Shown here piece by piece: positions 35,601-42,151 of a DNA stretch of 42,151 nt. Each line of letters begins with the position of its first letter. The first letter of the stretch is position 1. The position numbers and the translations under genes are program-made. Below the pieces are notes generated by a model. That model saw only the letters and a program-made list of their open reading frames with translations, ran no database searches and was not told the DNA's origin. The DNA is from Mayamaea pseudoterrestris (taxonomy: Eukaryota), in the NCBI GenBank assembly GCA_027923505.1, contig BROI01000018.1:682001-724151 (forward strand), read 5' to 3'.

Positions 35601-38600
35601 CCTGTCAAACGCCCCATGCCCTGGCCACCCAAATACCCAATGAGTCAGGCAAAACATGTCCAGGGTATGCCATTGACAGGTGCATAGTCTCAAATGGTGC
35701 CAAAAGGACTGCCTGGAGGCTGACACCATGGGTACGGCCTCCACTGTGGGTATGGCCAACACCACAAGTTGCAGATTCTTCCCTGTCAAACGCCCCATGC
35801 CCTGGCCACCCAAATACCCAATGAGTCAGGCAAAACATGTCCAGGGTATGCCATTGACAGGTGCATAGTCTCAAATGGTGCAAAAAGGACTGCCTGGAGG
35901 CTGACACCATGGGTACGGCCTCCACTGTGGGTATGGCCAACACCACAAGTTGCAGATTCTTCCCTGTCAAACGCCCCATGCCCTGGCCACCCAAATACCC
36001 AATGAGTCAGGCAAAACATGTCCAGGGTATGCCATTGACAGGTGCATAGTCTCAAATGGTGCAAAAAGGACTGCCTGGAGGCTGACAACAACATGGGTAC
36101 GGCCTCCACTGTGGGTATGGCCAACACCACAAGTTGCAGATTCTTCCCTGTCAAACGCCCCATGCCCTGGCCACCCAAATACCCAATGAGTCAGGCAAAA
36201 CATGTCCAGGGTATGCCATTGACAGGTGCATAGTCTCAAATGGTGCAAAAAGGACTGCCTGGAGGCTGACACCATGGGTACGGCCTCCACTGTGGGTATG
36301 GCCAACACCACAAGTTGCAGATTCTTCCCTGTCAAACGCCCCATGCCCTGGCCACCCAAATACCCAATGAGTCAGGCAAAACATGTCCAGGGTATGCCAT
36401 TGACAGGTGCATAGTCTCAAATGGTGCAAAAAGGACTGCCTGGAGGCTGACAACATGGGTACGGCCTCCACTGTGGGTATGGCCAACACCACAAGTTGCA
36501 GATTCTTCCCTGTCAAACGCCCCATGCCCTGGCCACCCAAATACCCAATGAGTCAGGCAAAACATGTCCAGGGTATGCCATTGACAGGTGCATAGTCTCA
36601 AATGGTGCAAAAAGGACTGCCTGGAGGCTGACACCATGGGTACGGCCTCCACTGTGGGTATGGCCAACACCACAAGTTGCAGATTCTTCCCTGTCAAACG
36701 CCCCATGCCCTGGCCACCCAAATACCCAATGAGTCAGGCAAAACATGTCCAGGGTATGCCATTGACAGGTGCATAGTCTCAAATGGTGCAAAAAGGACTG
36801 CCTGGAGGCTGACACCATGGGTACGGCCTCCACTGTGGGTATGGCCAACACCACAAGTTGCAGATTCTTCCCTGTCAAACGCCCCATGCCCTGGCCACCC
36901 AAATACCCAATGAGTCAGGCAAAACATGTCCAGGGTATGCCATTGACAGGTGCAGAGTCTCAAATGGTGCAAAAAGGACTGCCTGGAGGCTGAAAACCAT
37001 GGGTACGGCCTCCACTGTGGGTATGGCCAACACCACAAGTTGCAGATTCTTCCCTGTCAAACGCCCCATGCCCTGGCCACCCAAATACCCAATGAGTCAG
37101 GCAAAACATGTCCAGGGTATGCCATTGACAGGTGCATAGTCTCAAATGGTGCAAAAAGGACTGCCTGGAGGCTGACACCATGGGTACGGCCTCCACTGTG
37201 GGTATGGCCAACACCACAAGTTGCAGATTCTTCCCTGTCAAACGCCCCATGCCCCGGCCACCCAAATACCCAATGAGTCAGGCAAAACATGTCCAGGGTA
37301 TGCCATTGACAGGTGCATAGTCTCAAATGGTGCAAAAAGGACTGCCTGGAGGCTGACAACATGGGTACGGCCTCCACTGTGGGTATGGCCAACACCACAA
37401 GTTGCAGATTCTTCCCTGTCAAACGCCCCATGCCCTGGCCACCCAAATACCCAATGAGTCAGGCAAAACATGTCCAGGGTATGCCATTGACAGGTGCAGA
37501 GTCTCAAATGGTGCAAAAAGGACTGCCTGGAGGCTGAAAACATGGGTACGGCCTCCACTGTGGGTATGGCCAACACCACAAGTTGCAGATTCTTCCCTGT
37601 CAAACGCCCCATGCCCTGGCCACCCAAATACCCAATGAGTCAGGCAAAACATGTCCAGGGTATGCCATTGACAGGTGCATAGTCTCAAATGGTGCAAAAA
37701 GGACTGCCGGAGGCTGACACCATGGGTACGGCCTCCACTGTGGGTATGGCCAACACCACAAGTTGCAGATTCTTCCCTGTCAAACGCCCCATGCCCTGGC
37801 CACCCAAATACCCAATGAGTCAGGCAAAACATGTCCAGGGTATGCCATTGACAGGTGCATAGTCTCAAATGGTGCCAAAAGGACTGCCTGGAGGCTGAAA
37901 ACATGGGTACGGCCTCCACTGTGGGTATGGCCAACACCACAAGTTGCAGATTCTTCCCTGTCAAACGCCCCATGCCCTGGCCACCCAAATACCCAATGAG
38001 TCAGGCAAAACATGTCCAGGGTATGCCATTGACAGGTGCATAGTCTCAAATGGTGCAAAAAGGACTGCCTGGAGGCTGACAACATGGGTACGGCCTCCAC
38101 TGTGGGTATGGCCAACACCACAAGTTGCAGATTCTTCCCTGTCAAACGCCCCATGCCCTGGCCACCCAAATACCCAATGAGTCAGGCAAAACATGTCCAG
38201 GGTATGCCATTGACAGGTGCATAGTCTCAAATGGTGCAAAAAGGACTGCCTGGAGGCTGACAACATGGGTACGGCCTCCACTGTGGGTATGGCCAACACC
38301 ACAAGTTGCAGATTCTTCCCTGTCAAACGCCCCATGCCCTGGCCACCCAAATACCCAATGAGTCAGGCAAAACATGTCCAGGGTATGCCATTGACAGGTG
38401 CATAGTCTCAAATGGTGCAAAAAGGACTGCCTGGAGGCTGACACCATGGGTACGGCCTCCACTGTGGGTATGGCCAACACCACAAGTTGCAGATTCTTCC
38501 CTGTCAAACGCCCCATGCCCTGGCCACCCAAATACCCAATGAGTCAGGCAAAACATGTCCAGGGTATGCCATTGACAGGTGCATAGTCTCAAATGGTGCA

Positions 38601-41600
38601 AAAAGGACTGCCTGGAGGCTGACAACATGGGTACGGCCTCCACTGTGGGTATGGCCAACACCACAAGTTGCAGATTCTTCCCTGTCAAACGCCCCATGCC
38701 CTGGCCACCCAAATACCCAATGAGTCAGGCAAAACATGTCCAGGGTATGCCATTGACAGGTGCATAGTCTCAAATGGTGCAAAAAGGACTGCCTGGAGGC
38801 TGACAACATGGGTACGGCCTCCACTGTGGGTATGGCCAACACCACAAGTTGCAGATTCTTCCCTGTCAAACGCCCCATGCCCTGGCCACCCAAATACCCA
38901 ATGAGTCAGGCAAAACATGTCCAGGGTATGCCATTGACAGGTGCATAGTCTCAAATGGTGCAAAAAGGACTGCCTGGAGGCTGACACCATGGGCACGGCC
39001 TCCACTGTGGGTATGGCCACCACCACAAGTTGCAGATTCTTCCCTGTCAAACGCCCCATGCCCTGGCCACCCAAATACCCAATGAGTCAGGCAAAACATG
39101 TCCAGGGTATGCCATTGACAGGTGCATAGTCTCAAATGGTGCAAAAAGGACTGCCTGGAGGCTGACACCATGGGTACGGCCTCCACTGTGGGTATGGCCA
39201 ACACCACAAGTTGCAGATTCTTCCCTGTCAAACGCCCCATGCCCTGGCCACCCAAATACCCAATGAGTCAGGCAAAACATGTCCAGGGTATGCCATTGAC
39301 AGGTGCATAGTCTCAAATGGTGCAAAAAGGACTGCCTGGAGGCTGACAACATGGGTACGGCCTCCACTGTGGGTATGGCCAACACCACAAGTTGCAGATT
39401 CTTCCCTGTCAAACGCCCCATGCCCTGGCCACCCAAATACCCAATGAGTCAGGCAAAACATGTCCAGGGTATGCCATTGACAGGTGCATAGTCTCAAATG
39501 GTGCAAAAAGGACTGCCTGGAGGCTGACACCATGGGTACGGCCTCCACTGTGGGTATGGCCAACACCACAAGTTGCAGATTCTTCCCTGTCAAACGCCCC
39601 ATGCCCTGGCCACCCAAATACCCAATGAGTCAGGCAAAACATGTCCAGGGTATGCCATTGACAGGTGCATAGTCTCAAATGGTGCAAAAAGGACTGCCTG
39701 GAGGCTGACAACCATGGGTACGGCCTCCACTGTGGGTATGGCCAACACCACAAGTTGCAGATTCTTCCCTGTCAAACGCCCCATGCCCTGGCCACCCAAA
39801 TACCCAATGAGTCAGGCAAAACATGTCCAGGGTATGCCATTGACAGGTGCATAGTCTCAAATGGTGCAAAAAGGACTGCCTGGAGGCTGACACCATGGGT
39901 ACGGCCTCCACTGTGGGTATGGCCAACACCACAAGTTGCAGATTCTTCCCTGTCAAACGCCCCATGCCCTGGCCACCCAAATACCCAATGAGTCAGGCAA
40001 AACATGTCCAGGGGATGCCATTGACAGGTGCATAGTCTCAAATGGTGCAAAAAGGACTGCCTGGAGGCTGACAACATGGGTACGGCCTCCACTGTGGGTA
40101 TGGCCAACACCACAAGTTGCAGATTCTTCCCTGTCAAACGCCCCATGCCCTGGCCACCCAAATACCCAATGAGTCAGGCAAAACATGTCCAGGGTATGCC
40201 ATTGACAGGTGCATAGTCTCAAATGGTGCAAAAAGGACTGCCTGGAGGCTGACAACATGGGTACGGCCTCCACTGTGGGTATGGCCAACACCACAAGTTG
40301 CAGATTCTTCCCTGTCAAACGCCCCATGCCCTGGCCACCCAAATACCCAATGAGTCAGGCAAAACATGTCCAGGGTATGCCATTGACAGGTGCATAGTCT
40401 CAAATGGTGCAAAAAGGACTGCCTGGAGGCTGACACCATGGGTACGGCCTCCACTGTGGGTATGGCCAACACCACAAGTTGCAGATTCTTCCCTGTCAAA
40501 CGCCCCATGCCCTGGCCACCCAAATACCCAATGAGTCAGGCAAAACATGTCCAGGGTATGCCATTGACAGGTGCATAGTCTCAAATGGTGCAAAAAGGAC
40601 TGCCTGGAGGCTGACACCATGGGTACGGCCTCCACTGTGGGTATGGCCAACACCACAAGTTGCAGATTCTTCCCTGTCAAACGCCCCATGCCCTGGCCAC
40701 CCAAATACCCAATGAGTCAGGCAAAACATGTCCAGGGTATGCCATTGACAGGTGCATAGTCTCAAATGGTGCAAAAAGGACTGCCTGGAGGCTGACAACA
40801 TGGGTACGGCCTCCACTGTGGGTATGGCCAACACCACAAGTTGCAGATTCTTCCCTGTCAAACGCCCCATGCCCTGGCCACCCAAATACCCAATGAGTCA
40901 GGCAAAACATGTCCAGGGTATGCCATTGACAGGTGCATAGTCTCAAATGGTGCAAAAAGGACTGCCTGGAGGCTGACAACATGGGTACGGCCTCCACTGT
41001 GGGTATGGCCAACACCACAAGTTGCAGATTCTTCCCTGTCAAACGCCCCATGCCCTGGCCACCCAAATACCCAATGAGTCAGGCAAAACATGTCCAGGGT
41101 ATGCCATTGACAGGTGCATAGTCTCAAATGGTGCAAAAAGGACTGCCTGGAGGCTGACACCATGGGTACGGCCTCCACTGTGGGTATGGCCAACACCACA
41201 AGTTGCAGATTCTTCCCTGTCAAACGCCCCATGCCCTGGCCACCCAAATACCCAATGAGTCAGGCAAAACATGTCCAGGGTATGCCATTGACAGGTGCAG
41301 TCTCAAATGGTGCAAAAAGGACTGCCTGGAGGCTGACACAATGGGTACGGCCTCCACTGTGGGTATGGCCAACACCACAAGTTGCAGATTCTTCCCTGTC
41401 AAACGCCCCATGCCCTGGCCACCCAAATACCCAATGAGTCAGGCAAAACATGTCCAGGGTATGCCATTGACAGGTGCATAGTCTCAAATGGTGCAAAAAG
41501 GACTGCCTGGAGGCTGACAACATGGGTACGGCCTCCACTGTGGGTATGGCCAACACCACAAGTTGCAGATTCTTCCCTGTCAAACGCCCCATGCCCTGGC

Positions 41601-42151
41601 CACCCAAATACCCAATGAGTCAGGCAAAACATGTCCAGGGTATGCCATTGACAGGTGCATAGTCTCAAATGGTGCAAAAAGGACTGCCTGGAGGCTGACA
41701 CCATGGGTACGGCCTCCACTGTGGGTATGGCCAACACCACAAGTTGCAGATTCTTCCCTGTCAAACGCCCCATGCCCTGGCCACCCAAATACCCAATGAG
41801 TCAGGCAAAACATGTCCAGGGTATGCCATTGAGGGCTGGGGAAGGGGCCGCGGGGGGGCTGACGACATGGGTACGGCCTCCACTGTGGGTATGGCCAACA
41901 CCACAAGTTGCAGATTCTTCCCTGTCAAACGCCCCATGCCCTGGCCACCCAAATACCCAATGAGTCAGGCAAAACATGTCCAGGGTATGCCATTGACAGG
42001 TGCATAGTCTCAAATGGTGCAAAAAGGACTGCCTGGAGGCTGAAAACATGGGTACGGCCTCCACTGTGGGTATGGCCAACACCACAAGTTGCAGATTCTT
42101 CCCTGTCAAACGCCCCATGCCCTGGCCACCCAAATACCCAATGAGTCAAGC
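26690..42151. repeat. Satellite B: 181-bp unit, ~85 near-identical copies, open at the window end
   Basis: 181-bp period throughout; the unit begins GGCCACCCAAATACCCAATGAGTCAGG; ~54% GC by hand count of one unit. Confidence 0.98.

Noticed and set aside
35813..35850. Hammerhead-like string in satellite B (ATACCCAATGAGTCAGGCAAAACATGTCCAGGGTAT)
   Set aside because: It resembles CUGAUGA...GAAAC-AUGUC with ATACCC/GGGTAT arms, but the essential core bases are wrong (CCAATGA, CAAAAC) and stem I is out of register. At most a dead relic; an Infernal search would settle it.
41831..41860. G-rich replacement inside one satellite B monomer
   Set aside because: A single low-complexity patch near the sequence end; most likely a basecalling or consensus error.
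20643..42151. Hundreds of 60-250 aa ORFs in the satellites
   Set aside because: Unit lengths 352 and 181 are not multiples of 3, the ORFs recur on both strands with the repeat period, and no domains are recognisable.
1..42151. rRNA, tRNA, 5S or telomeric arrays as an explanation for the repeats
   Set aside because: I found no recognisable rRNA or tRNA motifs and no (TTAGGG)n-type tracts by eye; a covariance-model search was not possible.

Overview
Eukaryotic genomic DNA, most consistent with a diatom or other stramenopile. This is inferred from short GT-AG introns, compact CpG-rich genes and a CoDi-like Copia element. The left ~19.5 kb holds a decayed LRR-like pseudogene, a small two-exon orphan gene, DNA primase small subunit (one 96-bp intron), a TIGR04283-like GT2 glycosyltransferase and a 42-bp minisatellite. 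It also holds a complete minus-strand Ty1/copia LTR retrotransposon (8469-13588, CAACC target-site duplication), two divergent signal-peptide/membrane orphan genes and a La-motif gene. The right ~21.5 kb is two abutting CpG-depleted satellite arrays: about 18 copies of a 352-bp unit (a diverged 179+173 bp dimer), then about 85 copies of a 181-bp unit running off the window end. Main observations: (1) the Copia primer-binding position is a perfect 15-nt complement of a sequence in its own LTR next to an Inr-like motif, suggesting Tf1-style self-priming; (2) copies of its polypurine tract recur in the integrase-RT linker; (3) the 181-bp monomer is a 146-bp imperfect foldback plus a 35-bp spacer, matching nucleosome core plus linker geometry. 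The many ORFs in the satellites are artefacts of repetition. Some anomalies (Copia frameshifts, short 5' LTR, ragged satellite copies) may be long-read consensus errors.
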